DNA of 64,000 nucleotides from Dimorphilus gyrociliatus (Eukaryota; Animalia; Annelida): NCBI GenBank assembly GCA_904063045.1, contig CAJFCJ010000113.1, positions 17,444 to 81,443 of the forward strand, read 5' to 3'. Shown piece by piece: positions 22,780 to 36,019 of this stretch (position 1 is its first letter; each line of letters starts with the position of its first letter). The notes under the pieces were generated by a model. It saw only the letters and a program-made list of their open reading frames with translations, ran no database searches and was not told where the DNA came from. The position numbers and the translations under genes were made by a program.

Positions 22780-25700
22780 GGGTATTACACTTAAGAGAGA
22801 TGACAACACTATTATTTACAAAACTCCTAATTTTCATCCAAGCCTTAAGGGTAGATGGAAAGTTACTCCAGCTGAAGAGAGTTCATCTTACACTTTTGAA
22901 ATTATTGATGTAGATAAAGTAAGGTTTCTTTCCATACAAAATAGAAATTATTTTAAAAGAAAATCTAATTTAATACAATAACAACAGAATGATAGTGGAA
23001 CCGTTGAAGCAATTGTTGAGAGTGGGAATAAAATTGACAATACGACTACTTATGGCACCTTTAATGCTATATACATTTTTTGTATTTGAAAATGAAATAT
23101 GACTAACTTAGTGTATATTTTTAAAATTCAAGATTCCAAACCAATAATTGAAAAATTTCCAAATGATTTACAAAAAGATGGTGAAACCCACTGCACAATA
23201 TTTGTCAATGGATGGATTATGATGGTATACATAGTGTGACAAGAATTTGTAGGCATCAAGGTAAGTTGGTTACTGATAAAATGAAAGAATAAAGATGATA
23301 GATAATGGAAATAAAAAAAATTTTTCTTTCTTTACAGGACTTAATTCCACTGCTTATCTACTTCAGAAAAAGAACAATCTGAAAATGTATGTAAAAAATC
23401 TTTTATAATTATACTCTAGATTTTAAATCAAACAAATTCTACAGATATAAAGTTAAATATTTAGAAAATAGAAAAAATCTTATTTGTTTAAAATGTTACA
23501 AAACTACTAAACCATGTAAATTTTTCAATTTTGATGATCTATCTCTTTCCTCAAATTAATATTTCTTGTATAAAATACAGTTATGTTTGCTGGTGTGCAA
23601 TCATATAGACATCGAGTTGACACTGCAAAACAACAATTAGTTTATTTGAGAAAAAAAAGAAAGCATTTAAATTATATCTAGGGACAGAAGAACTAAAATA
23701 TAACTGGTGCCCCAAATTACAATTCTATTATACTAAGCAAATTGATGATAATAAAGATTATTTTGCTGTTATTTTCAATAATTATACTACTGGTATTAAA
23801 AGAAGAAATAAAATAGATCAATTTGTTTTCAATAATTATACAGATTTTACATGCAGTGTTACAGAGATGAAGGGTAATAAACTCACAGAAATAGAAATAT
23901 ACTTTAAAATAGTGATAGTTTCATGTATTTTTCTGTTTAATTGCATAGATTTTATAATAGAAAGAACACCAGATTATATGAAAAATACATTCTTTAAGAA
24001 CATTATAAGTTCTAGTAAAACATTAGTAATAAATTCAAAAACATTGGGTATTACACCATTATTGGTTGATTATAATCGGTATTGGGAAAGTTATGAGTTC
24101 TTATGGTTATTGGAAAAAATCAGATTACAATCCTTGTTAAGTAGCTTTAGAAATGCATTTGCAATGTTCAAATATAAGTTTATGTTACCAGGAAGTATGG
24201 ATATAATTCTTGGCCCAATTTTTTTATATATTTGGTTATTTTTACAAATATTTTCATTAATAGGAATGAAATTGATAAAAGACAGAAGAAATAGCACAAT
24301 GACTGTGCATTTAAGTAATAAACCCTATGATTTTACATCATTTATGAATAATTATTACAAGTATATAATTAGCAAATTTCTTTTTGACCATTCAAGTTAT
24401 ATAATACAATTTTTAAGTTATATGGACGTATATCAGGCATTTTGTCAACTAGATCAAAAAGTGAATTTACCTTCAAAGTTATCCCTTTGTTTTATATAGA
24501 AAGATTCAATTACATTACAATCATTTAATACATATGACCTTCAAAGAATCTCTAAAACAAAGCGTATAACCTCTAAACTATATGAAACTGAATCAGCAGA
24601 ATGCCAAACTGTTCAAATTTCAATAATTTCATGTATAGATTTAGCAAGTAAATGATTTCATATACTGAGAAAAGTGTTGTAGTATGCTGTACAGAAGTAA
24701 CTATACAGGACATATGCTTAGGTATGCTTAGATATTTTGTTTAAAAATTAAGAGAGATTTTCTATTTCAATTTCGGGCCCATCTAAAAAATATTAATTAG
24801 ATAAGAAAATATTTTATCTATGATCCTTTTATAAAAAAATCAACACTGCAATGGAGAAATAAACTGCTATGAAATTTGCACAAATACTGCTGATAAATGT
24901 AAAATTTTTTTTTAGTTTTTTATCTGCATTTAAGTTATTGTACAGATTGCAGTAATACAAATTTATTTTTTTGTGACAACAAATGTATTCCTATTGAAAA
25001 AGCATGTGATTTTCAAAAGGATTGTAATGATGTATCTGATGAAGATTTAGAATATTGCATGAGAAAGATACCTGCTCTATTCACAGATGAATTATGTAAT
25101 GAGATTAATGGTTTAGAAACTCTTAAATATAATTGTCACCTAAAATATGATTCAATGGGTAATCTACTGACAAAAGTTCATTATCCATACCTTCAATTAT
25201 ATGATTGTCACGTACAAAAATGTAACAGAGGGGAATATCTCTGTAAGCCAAATACTTATTGTATTTCAATTAGACAAGTTTGTGATGGTATTCTCCATTG
25301 TCCTGAATATGATGATGAAAGCCATTGTGATAATTGATAACTTATCTTCATATTGCAAGATCTAATTCTGATACTTATTAATTGTGGAATAAAAAAACAG
25401 AACTTTTTAAACCAAAAGGATATTTTGAATGTAGAAATGAGAAATATTATATTGACCTTTCAGAATTATGCAATGGAATTGTAGATTGTGTTCAAGGAAA
25501 TGATGAACTATACTGCAATTGTTCTAATGACTGTCCAAAAAATTGTGTTTGTCAGTCATTCTATTCTTTAAATTGTAACTTCAAGTACACAGTTTCCAAT
25601 TGGTTAAAAGAAAATGAAATATATTTTTGGAAGAATGTAAATATTTCAAGGTTCAAATTGAATTTTAAAAAGCTTTTTAAACATCAATATGTCTCTGTGA

Positions 25701-26490
25701 CATATTTAACAATAACTTTAAGTAGAATAAATATCAATGAAATTGCAAATACTTTTCCCAATGTATTTTTTTTGAAAATTCAAAAAAATAACTTGATACA
25801 TTTAAATAGATTATCAAGAAGTTCCCTTTCTAAAATTCAAATTATAAATCTCTTTGATAATGATATCATTTGGAAGATTTTTCATTTATAATTTTTCCAA
25901 ATCTCAGAAAGTTTATTTTATCTAAAACTAATTTATCTAAAGTAACATTTAATCTTTTTAGAGAGTGTAGAAAATTTGAATATCTTGACCTGAGCAAATG
26001 TCAAATTAAAAAGATTGAACACAACTCTTTTTTACATTTGGTATCATTAAAATCTTTTTTATTAGAAAAATCTTTTAACATGAAAAATGGTAAATTTTTT
26101 ATTGAGCATTTGAGAATGTTAGTAAACTTGTCAAGTGAATATTTTGAATTATGTTGTTTTGCATGGATTTCCATGCATTCAAATGAAATTAAAAATTGCC
26201 AGCCCAATAAATCATTGTTTAATTCATGTGCTGACTTGTTACAATCAAATTTAATACATGTAATTTTATGGATGATCAATGTGACATCATTTATTGGAAA
26301 TGTTTCTTCATTAATATTTTACGATATATTTTCAAAAAAACAAAAAAATTTCCTTCTTTTGAGTCTGGTATGTGCAGATTTGAATATTTCGATATATTTC
26401 ATTTCAATTGGAATAGTTGATGTAATGTTTTGAGGAGAATATGTGGAAAATGATTTTAATTGGAGAAATAGTTCAATATGTATTTCAAGT
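22780..26490 (+). pseudogene. GRL101-like LDLa-LRR-7TM gene 2, frameshifted and truncated after TM2
   Basis: LDLa repeats at 24950-25545, LRRNT CPKNCVC, LRRs, ELCC hinge and TM1-2. Frameshift near 25870, premature TGA at 26431, and no TM3-7 found. The 5' exons are uncertain. Confidence 0.8.
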
Positions 26491-27099
26491 TGTTATTTAT
26501 CCAATGGTAAAAGTATTTAAATCTGACTCACTAATGAGTAGTATAATTTTCATGGGCATTTCCAGTGTTTTTCTGGATTTTTTCTGTCTCTTAGATTTAA
26601 CTATCAGAATTAAATTTTGTTGAAGAAATAATTAAATTGACATTTAAAAGAAATTTGTTTTTTATTGTCCAAATGGTTACTACTTCTAGAACATTTCACA
26701 TTTCTATCTTGTCAATCTCTTTACATGTTAAAAGATAAGAAAGATATGAATTTTTTTCAGATTGTCTCTCAATGAGACACATTCTACTGTCTTCTTTTCC
26801 ATTATTGATTATCTTGAAAACAATATAGATAGATATCTTACTATTGAATTCAGTAATTTTCTTTAAAGTTATCATTATTTTTCTATTATTACTAAATATT
26901 TCCTTTCCCATTGTAAAGTTATATTCAAATGTTAAAGTATTTGTTAACAATTTTGAGCATGTACTCCAATCTTTATCATTTTTATTACATTTAGAAAGTA
27001 GGTCGAAATTTAATTTCCTTTTTCCTTTTGAATAAATAAAAAAAAAGCAAGAAAATGAAACAAGGAATTGAAAATTTTAAAAATTTAAAATTACTTTTA

Positions 27100-28810
27100 T
27101 TTAAGATTTGAACATAATGACTTGTTTCTATTAAATCATTTTTGAAGTGTTGTTTGAATAGTTGCCAATATATCTTTGCCATAGGTTTCTCCTTTACCAT
27201 AATTAATTTCATTGTCATTTATATCCAACCAAAATATACTCCATTCATTGCATTGAATTAATGATTGTGACAAACCAAATGTAACAATATCCACAAAAGG
27301 TTCACTAGTTTCTATTGAAGATTGAGTCTGACTATTTGTAGTTATTGTATCAATCTTCAATGTAATCTGTTCAGTTGTTTCACTCTTAAAGGCAATTGTT
27401 AGTTATGAACAGCTATTGTTTCCCTCTTGTTTACCTTTAACCTTGAACTTAATGGATTGTAGATTGTACTTTCCATGGTATATATCTTGTAGACTATAGA
27501 ATGTATAATTTGTACCTTGAATCCAGAGTATATTCTCTTCAGTTTCTAAAATAAAGAGAAAAACATTAAGTGTAGAACACTTTTTTAAAAAAGAATGAAT
27601 TTTAGAATAAAACTCTCTCTCTCTTTCTATATATACTTTTTGTACAAACTTTAAAATGATTGAATCCAACATCATTGTTTCCATAAACATCTGCTATGGT
27701 AACTTTCAATGATGACTCAATTTTTAAATGCTTATAGGTTAAGCAATGATACATATTATCCTGAGCCAAATTATTCAATTCATCAGCAAACCCTGAACTC
27801 CATAACAAACTCACAGCTTTTATTAAACTTTGAATTTGTCTTCTAAGAAAAAAGAATATAATGGATATGTTAATATTTTAAAAATAATTAATAAATTTCT
27901 ATATATACTTGTTCTTATAGCAAATAATTTGTGGTACAGCTGGAAATGCAAATGTTATTTCTATATATTTGCCTACACATGATGTCACAGGTGATTGATT
28001 TGCTCCACATTTTAGTATGAAATCAATAGGCATAAGTCTATTAAGAGCATTATCACATGGATAATTTTCTTTTGAAGTATTGCTTACACAAGTAGCTCCT
28101 AATGCAGAATCAGCAATATTTATAAATTCTTCTTCATTGTCATCTTTAGCACTGGAGACTATATAAAAAAATATTAAATGGTACATAACTTAATTTTTTT
28201 TTCAATCACTATTGTAAAAAGTTTTACCCTGCTCATAGGCATACGCAAAAATTTCATTAAAACCAATGTTTGATAGTAGAGAATAAGGAGGAACAGGTCT
28301 CAAACTTATACTGGATGCTTGTAATCCAATTTCTTCTAGTAGGAGACAATTTCCAACTGTATCAACTTGGTAAACTGGTTTATAAGTAGAGTTGTTGAAT
28401 GAAATTTCTACTGATTTTATTTTATGTTCATCCACTACAGTTCTTTGACTAAGACTAATTCCAATTAACTCGTAAACTTTTTTAAAATTTATTTTAATCC
28501 AATGTTCAGTACATGCTAAACCAGAACAATGTGCTGACCAATCACAAACATTTATCCATTGTGGTTCTAAGGCATTCTGACATGTATAGTCTACTGTAGA
28601 AAGTGGTGGATGCACAGAACTGGCTTGACAAGTTGCTCCATTCTCCACAGATGCAACATTAATAATTCTTCTGTCTATTTTTTAAAATAGATACAAAAAT
28701 TTATTTGTTTAACATTTGATATGAAAAAAAATACAGTACTAATTTGTAAAGTATAACAAACAGTTGCATTGAAAATCACAACAAGAAAGGGAATAGCTTT
28801 CATCTTGAAA
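27100..28810 (-). CDS. Secreted protein with two discoidin/F5-8C-like domains and a FAMeT-like domain (multi-exon, possibly pseudogenised)
   Basis: Signal-like MKAIPFLVVIFNATVC; GATCQASS...WIKINFKKVYELIGISLSQR; a second GATCVSN... domain; FWLDINDNEINYGKG resembling Methyltransf_FA. Stops in the 3' part. Confidence 0.6.
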
Positions 28811-29823
28811 ATCATGTAAGAATTTATAAACAGATTGCTCACTCTCTGAAAGATCTTGCACTTGGCAATTAGTTTTCCATTTATAGTTGAAAATGCTTTG
28901 ATAACAGTATTGACATATTTTTTTGACTTTTGTGATGAATAAGCAAAAAAACTTTTGGAAAAGAATTGTACAATGAAGAAGTAATTTCTAAAATATTTAT
29001 GTGTCAATTAACACCAATTAATTTTTTTTATACAATTTTCAATTATTCTTTAGATTTTTAAGAATAGAAACATCTATAAATAATTAGTACATACTAAAAG
29101 GTTTCTTTTTCCAAAGAATATTTTCAATATAACATTAAAAAACTTGTATTTATATATCTATTGAGAATTGTTAGAGATTTTGTATTGGTATGACTAGCTA
29201 CCTGCTTACTCATTTCAAAGGAAAGATTTTGAATTATTTACAAGTTAAATCAATCCATAAAAACAATTACTTAGAGATAAATTTGCAACACAGTTTCATT
29301 ATCTGCAAATCAAGATTGAGATTCTAGGATTTTTCATTGAAATTCAGTTTTAGTAACTTGTTAATTTCAACTAAACTTTTCAAAATATCTTGAATGTCAT
29401 ATTTTACTTTTACACATATATAATGGCTCCATCTGTTTTAGTCAAATATTCAATTTTCTATATCAGTATTTCTTAATGAATATTATACATATATACTATG
29501 ATAGTTTAGTTTAATGGGGAAATTAGCTGAACTATAATGCATGAATAGCTTTTCTACCAGTTTTCAGAAGTTTGTCATTCAAAGAGACAAGAATTTATTA
29601 GATATAAGAAAAAAACCTAAACGCTATTACATAAATGATTGGAATCTTCCTACATTTTGGATAACAAAATTTTATTTATTACATTTGCTCTTGTTGATAT
29701 GACCTGTTGACCTACTTTCACATAGCACAATAAGCACACAATGCACAGAAAACATTTCTGAAAAATGTACATACAGAGACTGAGTAACTTTAACACCACA
29801 TTTTTTCTATTAAGGAAACCAAT

Positions 29824-31830
29824 CTAAAAATCATTTACTTCATAAATTTGTACTTTTGTGAAACATGGCAATTTCTCTTCAATAACATTACGTAATTCCT
29901 CAATAATTGAGTCATGTGTGTTATTTAAGCATCTTGATAAATTCACATCAATGGAATCAAAATTATCAACATTAAAAGTTAGACGAATGGCCTTCAATGA
30001 TGGAAAACCTGGTATTGTTTCAATAATAAAATCCAGATGAGTTGCATTGTCAATATCTAATGGTCCAAGTTGAATTTGTGAAATATGTTTTCTAGATATT
30101 TGCAATCCTTTAAAGATATCTTTAAATTGAGTTGTAAAACATCTATCACCAATTATAATTACTTTTTGTAATGATTTACATTCTCCAAGTAAAATAGTTA
30201 AATTCTCATTCTGTTCCCCATTTAAACAGTAATTTTGAAGATTGATACTTAAAAGAGAATGAGAAGATGATAATAATCCTTGGCACATTTTCTCAAATGC
30301 TTTAGAAATTTTCAAATTATAAATAAGTGAAAAATCTCTAAGTGAATTACATTGTTTGAGTAAATCAGCTAAAGAGTTTCCTTGTTTTTCATTCAACCCA
30401 CAATAGAGAACATCAATATATTCAAGAGTTTTAGATGATAATTTCAATGCATTGCATATTATAAGAAAACCATCTCCACAGTTAATATTACCACTTAAAT
30501 TTATTCCTTTCAATTGAGTACATTCAGCTAGTAAATCACTGAAATGATTGCATTGTTCTGAATCTAAATCACAGCTTGATACATCAATTGATAGCAGAGT
30601 TTTGGAAGATGATTTTAAACTACTGCATATTCTTTTAAAATTATCACCAAAGTTAAATATTCCACTAATATTAATTTTTTGCAGAAAAGTACACTCCTTG
30701 ACAAAATCAGCAAAATGACTAAATAGATTCTTCAATCGACAACAGAAAGAGAAATTAATAGATACAAGATTATTGATTGATAATTTGAATCTATTGCAAA
30801 TCCTTTTAAAATCAATAGCTGAAAGATTATTATCACGATTGAAATTGCATTTTGATCTATTGTCAGAAAATTCATTGTTGATTAGAGGTGATGATGATTT
30901 GAAATGATCAATTAATAGATAACTTTTAACATTTTTTGGAAGAGTGATCTCTCTTAATGAAAGACATTCCCTAACCAAACAATTTAGGTAGACATTTTCA
31001 TTTTCAACTATTGGAACAGAAATTCCATTAAAGTTAATATTTTGAAGAGATTGAGATGATACTTTCAATCCATTACATATCATCTCAAATCCATCTGCTA
31101 ATTTATTATTTCCTGACAAGAGGAATGTTTCCAGTGACCTACATTCTTTGAGTAAATCATATAAATGATAAGCTTGACTGTCATCAATGCTACAATGGGA
31201 AAAATTAATTGTTAATAGACTAGCAGATGATGATTTTAAACTATTGCATAATATTTGAAATACTTCATCAGACATAGCATTGTTTGCCAATTGAATATTT
31301 TGCAGTTGAGTACAGTTTGAAAGTAAATTGCTTAAATAGCAAATTTGTTGACTATTTAAGCAACAAAATGAAAAATCAATTGATAAAAGAGACATAGATG
31401 ACAATTGTAATCCATTGCATATTTTCTTGAAATCTTCGCTAAATCGAGTGTTAAACCTGAAATTGATTTCTTTCAGTAAAATGCATTCAGCAACGAAATC
31501 AGGTAATAAACTACAGGTCATTTCTGTTAATGAGCAAAAAGATAAATTTAATGAACAAAGATTTTTTGCAGATTGTTTTAGTCCTTTATATTTCCATAAA
31601 CATTGTTTTACCTCCTGAACATTTACTTCCGCTTATATTGACATCTTTCAATAATTTACATTCATGAAGTAAATCAGTTTGTCTGTATTTATCTCTCCAT
31701 TATAAAATTTATTCCTTAAAACAAATATTCTACATTGCAGATGCTGATAGCATTTCTTTTCAAAGTAACATACTTTACTTTCACCATAACCATTTAAACT
31801 TTATGTTGAAGGGCATCTATTAGCTTGTAA
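29824..31830 (-). CDS. Intronless ribonuclease-inhibitor-like LRR-only protein (565-aa ORF 29824-31521; upstream repeats shifted by an indel near 31585)
   Basis: Repeated FxxICxGLKxSS..LxxIxxSxCxL motif. Further repeat sequence continues upstream in another frame. Confidence 0.85.
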
Positions 31831-31992
31831 AATGAGCAGTTGGCTTCCACTTTACCATCATTGTTTGTTCTAATCACCAATCCATACACAGATCATCTGG
31901 AAAGACACCATAGATCATTATTTATACAAGTATCTTCCAAGGAGGTAAAAAAAATTTACTTGAAAAACTACCTTGATGAAGTGGAAAACACA

Positions 31993-32175
31993 GATACTAC
32001 AGAAAATGTCCACAAATGGCTACCTTTACCCTAACCCTAACACAGCCCTTGGCTTTACCTAACCTTTAGATGAGACCTCTTTAAGCAGAAATCAGTTTCT
32101 GTGCTTCTCCTTAGCATTTTTTAATCTAAAACCTAGCCTTGAAATTTCTCATTTGTGGACATTTTCTGTTGACCC
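31993..32175. mobile_element. MITE with ACAGAAAATGTCCACAAAT inverted termini and internal TAACCC
   Basis: Inverted repeat ends and telomere-like hexamers inside. No clean TSD found. Confidence 0.7.
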
Positions 32176-32555
32176 CATTGCTATTTTGGTCTATACCTAT
32201 TCAAAATTCATGAAATAATCTGTAAATGGAAAATAATTAATAATGTTTAACATGAAAAGGAGCTAGGGTTAGGTTAGGGTCAGGTTAACCTAACCCTGAA
32301 AGTAAAAATAGTTTAGTTTTGTTTTTTTATAGAAATTTTTTTTGTATGTTCTTGTTTGAATGTGTTCTTAGAATTTAAAAAATCAATAGATAGATAGGTT
32401 ATCTTTGTATTAATTTTTGTTCAAAACATCTTGCTTTTGCCAAATTAAAAAGAAATTAATATTTTAAATCCAACACATTCAATCCCTTAAATTGCTTCAA
32501 GTGTCTATTTTCTATGACTGCTTCACAAATACCAAATAGGTACTCTTATAAATGT

Positions 32556-32712
32556 GCTCTGATCTACTATAGATAAGCAGTATTGAATTTGTATTGCACT
32601 GGCTAATAAGCACTGAGAGATAAGCAGTGTTGACTACTACTACTAGGATCAGAACTTGGAAAATACAATTGTGACAAGGCAGAAATTCCTACAATTCTAA
32701 AACAACTAAGTA
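32556..32712 (+). repeat. Internally deleted, diverged family-B LTR (5' piece joined to 3' piece)
   Basis: The 5' part matches the LTR start (gataagcagtattgaa...gcactg...gagataagcag) and the 3' part matches the LTR end (agaaattcctacaatt...acaac.aagta). Confidence 0.65.
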
Positions 32713-32786
32713 AATTTTACTGGAGTAATATTATTAAATAAGTCAGTCAACTGATAAGCAAGACATTTTGTATTGATATACCAAAA

Positions 32787-34565
32787 ATGTGTGATGAACA
32801 CAACAATAAAATAGATAATTCTATTGAAAGAACTAAAATTACTTATTTGTTGGAAAATGCTCTTTTAGCTTCTAGATTTCAAATGATTTTTGATGGGCTG
32901 AAACTCTGTAAAAATTTAAAAATACTTAAAATAATAGATTGTAATTTAAATAATGAAAAGGCAAGATACATTGGAAATACACTATTATATTTGTCTCTAT
33001 TACAATATGTGGATTTTTCCAGAAACTGTGATACAGGAGTTGGATTTAAACTGATTTGTAATGGATTGCAGTTATGTTGTAATAGTTTAACAAGAATCAA
33101 TGTGAGTGACTGTAATTTGAGTATTGAACAGACAAAAAATCTAGGAGAGATGCTTAAACATTGTACTCGAATAGAAAATGTTAATTTATCGGGAAATTGG
33201 AATATGGGACATGGATTTGGAGTGATATGTGATGGACTGAAATCATCTGTGAAGGCATTAAAAACAATTGATTTAAGTTGTTGCACACTAAATAATAAGC
33301 ATATGAAATATCTAGGAAAAACATTACAGCACTGTAATTCATTAGAATCAATAATACTTTTTGGAAATGGTGAACTGGAAAAAGGATTTAAAATTTTCTG
33401 CAATGGATTAAAATCATCTTCTACTTCTTTAAAGAGGCTCAGCATAACTTTGAATAATTTTAATCATGGACAGATACAATTTCTAGGAGAAACATTCAAA
33501 TTGTGTTCATCATTGGAACATGTTCATTTAAGTTTGAGTACTAATATTGGTAATGGATTTAATATAATATGTAATGGGTTAAAGTCATCTTCCAAAGCTT
33601 TAAGAAAAATTGATCTGAGTTGTAATTCTTTAAATTCCCAACAATCTGAATATTTAGGCAAAACATTTCAATATTGTTCTGTCTTGGAAAGTGTTAATTT
33701 ATCTCAAAATAAGAAGATGGGTGATAATGGATTCAGAATGATATGTAATGGAATCAAATCATCTTATAAATCTTTGAGAATAATTAACATGAATCAGTGT
33801 GATTTGAATAACCAACAAGCCATCTATCTGGGAGAAATGCTGGGACAGTGTTTCTCCTTAGAATATGTGAATTTATCTTGTAATCCTTGTATGGATAACA
33901 ATGGATTTAAAGTAATTTGTAATGGTCTTATCTCCTCTTCTAAAACCTTAAAGTCAATTGATCTAAATTCATGCAATCTGAATAGAACTCAAGCGAAATA
34001 TCTAGGAGAATCAATCCAACAATGCCACTGTCTTGAAAAAATAGATATAAATTTCAATAGCACAATGGAAATTGGGTTTAATTCAATTTGCAATGGACTG
34101 AAAACATCTTCCAACTGTTTAAAAACAATAAATGTAAGCTTATGCAATTTGGGTGAGGAGCAAACAAATTGTCTTGCAGAGGCAATTCAACATTGTCCAT
34201 TATTAGAAAATCTTAATTTATATGAGAATAGAAATATGGGAAATGGATTTAAAACGATTTGTAATGGATTAAAGTCATGTTCAAAGAGTTTAAAAACAAT
34301 TAATATTGGGTTGTGCAATTTAAATGATATTCAAGGAGATTGTCTTGGAAAAACATTTCATGTTTGTTCATTATTGGAAAATGTTGATTTAACTGATAAT
34401 AGGAATATAGGAGATGGATTTAAAACAATTTGCAATGGATTGAAAACATCCTTCTACACTTTGAAGTCTATCTCTGTGAAACAGTGTAATTTGAATAAAG
34501 AACAAACAAAATCTCTGGCAGATGTAGTCTCCCTTTGTGTTTCATTAAAGAATTTGAAATTTTAA
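32787..34565 (+). CDS. Intronless RI-like LRR-only protein, 592 aa, ten ~57-aa double repeats
   Basis: Ten ICNGLK-type motifs with alternating LxxIxLxxC and LExVxLSxN repeats. Uninterrupted ORF; no NACHT, signal or TM segment seen. Confidence 0.92.
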   Translation: MCDEHNNKIDNSIERTKITYLLENALLASRFQMIFDGLKLCKNLKILKIIDCNLNNEKARYIGNTLLYLSLLQYVDFSRNCDTGVGFKLICNGLQLCCNSLTRINVSDCNLSIEQTKNLGEMLKHCTRIENVNLSGNWNMGHGFGVICDGLKSSVKALKTIDLSCCTLNNKHMKYLGKTLQHCNSLESIILFGNGELEKGFKIFCNGLKSSSTSLKRLSITLNNFNHGQIQFLGETFKLCSSLEHVHLSLSTNIGNGFNIICNGLKSSSKALRKIDLSCNSLNSQQSEYLGKTFQYCSVLESVNLSQNKKMGDNGFRMICNGIKSSYKSLRIINMNQCDLNNQQAIYLGEMLGQCFSLEYVNLSCNPCMDNNGFKVICNGLISSSKTLKSIDLNSCNLNRTQAKYLGESIQQCHCLEKIDINFNSTMEIGFNSICNGLKTSSNCLKTINVSLCNLGEEQTNCLAEAIQHCPLLENLNLYENRNMGNGFKTICNGLKSCSKSLKTINIGLCNLNDIQGDCLGKTFHVCSLLENVDLTDNRNIGDGFKTICNGLKTSFYTLKSISVKQCNLNKEQTKSLADVVSLCVSLKNLKF

Positions 34566-34910
34566 AGGTTAGTAATTTGTGGACAACTTGAAATAAAATG
34601 ATGACATGTATAAAGGATTTATAAACATTTGTGATGGTTTGAAATTGTCATATAGAATTTTCAAAAATATGAATATTAGGATACTTATTATACACTTAAA
34701 AATTATGATATATTGATATTTAGAAGGAAATTTAGAAAGATTTCTATTTCTTAGAAATTGGAATGATGGAACTTTGGAAAGACTTTTATTTTGTAAAAAT
34801 GGATTTTTAAATAATTCATGAACTGAGGCCACTTTGCCAAAAGGTGTTTCTACACAACAAGTCAGTCTTATCAGCATCTGGTATTAGATCAGTTGTAACA
34901 ATTTTGTCAT

Positions 34911-35060
34911 TGTACACATAGGTACAATACATTCGTCAGCTCTATTTTACAATAAATAAGTAGTATTAAACTAGTATTGTACTGTGCTGATAGTACAGAT
35001 AGAGATAAGCAGGCTTGACTTACTTTCGCGTAGGGCGGTGCCTGTGCAAGGCGCGGCAAC
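34911..35060 (+). repeat. 5' fragment of a family-B-like LTR
   Basis: Begins tgtacaca and matches the first ~130 bp of the LTR at 35085. Confidence 0.7.
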
Positions 35061-35084
35061 TTATTTCAAGCTAAATATTGTAAT

Positions 35085-36019
35085 TGTACACATACATTCG
35101 TCAGCTATATTCTACAATAGAGAAGTAGTATTGAACCAGTATTGTACTATGCAGATAGCACTGATAAAGATAAGCAGTAGTGACCTAGTTTCGCATAGGG
35201 CAGTGCATACACATTATGCAGCAATAAAACCTATTAAATTATATAAAGAATATTTGCTATTTGCAACCTAGCATTAATATTACAATTTATTAATCCATAC
35301 ATTTATGATTTCGAACTAAAACTAGTTCAATTAATTATCAATTATGCTTAAATTCTAAGTTTAGATTATATTCACTATTCAACAGTATTGTATACACAAT
35401 ACTGTTCTTTTTAACATGCATTAATCAGATATACTTCCTCCTTATATGCTGATGCTAAATTTACTAACTCAATCAATTCAATATCATTATTAAGGTAGAA
35501 TATAAAAATGGTCAAATATACAATCTACATGTTTTCTTGATTGTTGGACTTGTCCTACTAAAATTGTTACATCTTATGCAACTCTCCAACCTTCGAAATT
35601 CAACTATTATTTAGAAGAGGAAAACAATAAAAACATGACCATATTTAGAACTTTTCTTTGTCTTCAAATGTTACTTTTGTTTTTGTGAACATTGAAATTT
35701 GTGAACTATCAACCCTTAAAAGAGTATATAAACCCTACGAAATTAACAGTTGATAGTTCAGTTTTCTAACCGTCAGCTAGTTGTTTAAACTAGCTTGTTT
35801 AGAACTAGAAGCTCATTTTACTCAATACGTATTCTTTGGACGAAATACTGGTGTTTTGTTAACTAATTTCTACCGAAATTGACTTTGTTAGACTATTTGT
35901 GGACAAACTTTAAAGGTTCTATTTGTTTGAGTACTTTGGCAAGTTGGTAAATGATTGGAAAGGACAATTACAGTTGTGACGAACCAGAAATTCCTACAAT
36001 TACAATACAACAAAGTACA
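35085..36019 (+). repeat. Solo LTR, family B (935 bp)
   Basis: TGTAC...GTACA; about 10 differences by eye from 49290-50224. No PBS follows and there is no perfect TSD (TAAT/AAAT). Confidence 0.92.

Noticed and set aside
32879-33445. Antisense ORFs over LRR, pol and acidic-insert regions (also 52039-52419, 1964-2158, 61870-62100)
   Set aside because: Shadow ORFs arising from codon bias and repeats on the coding strand; no independent motifs.
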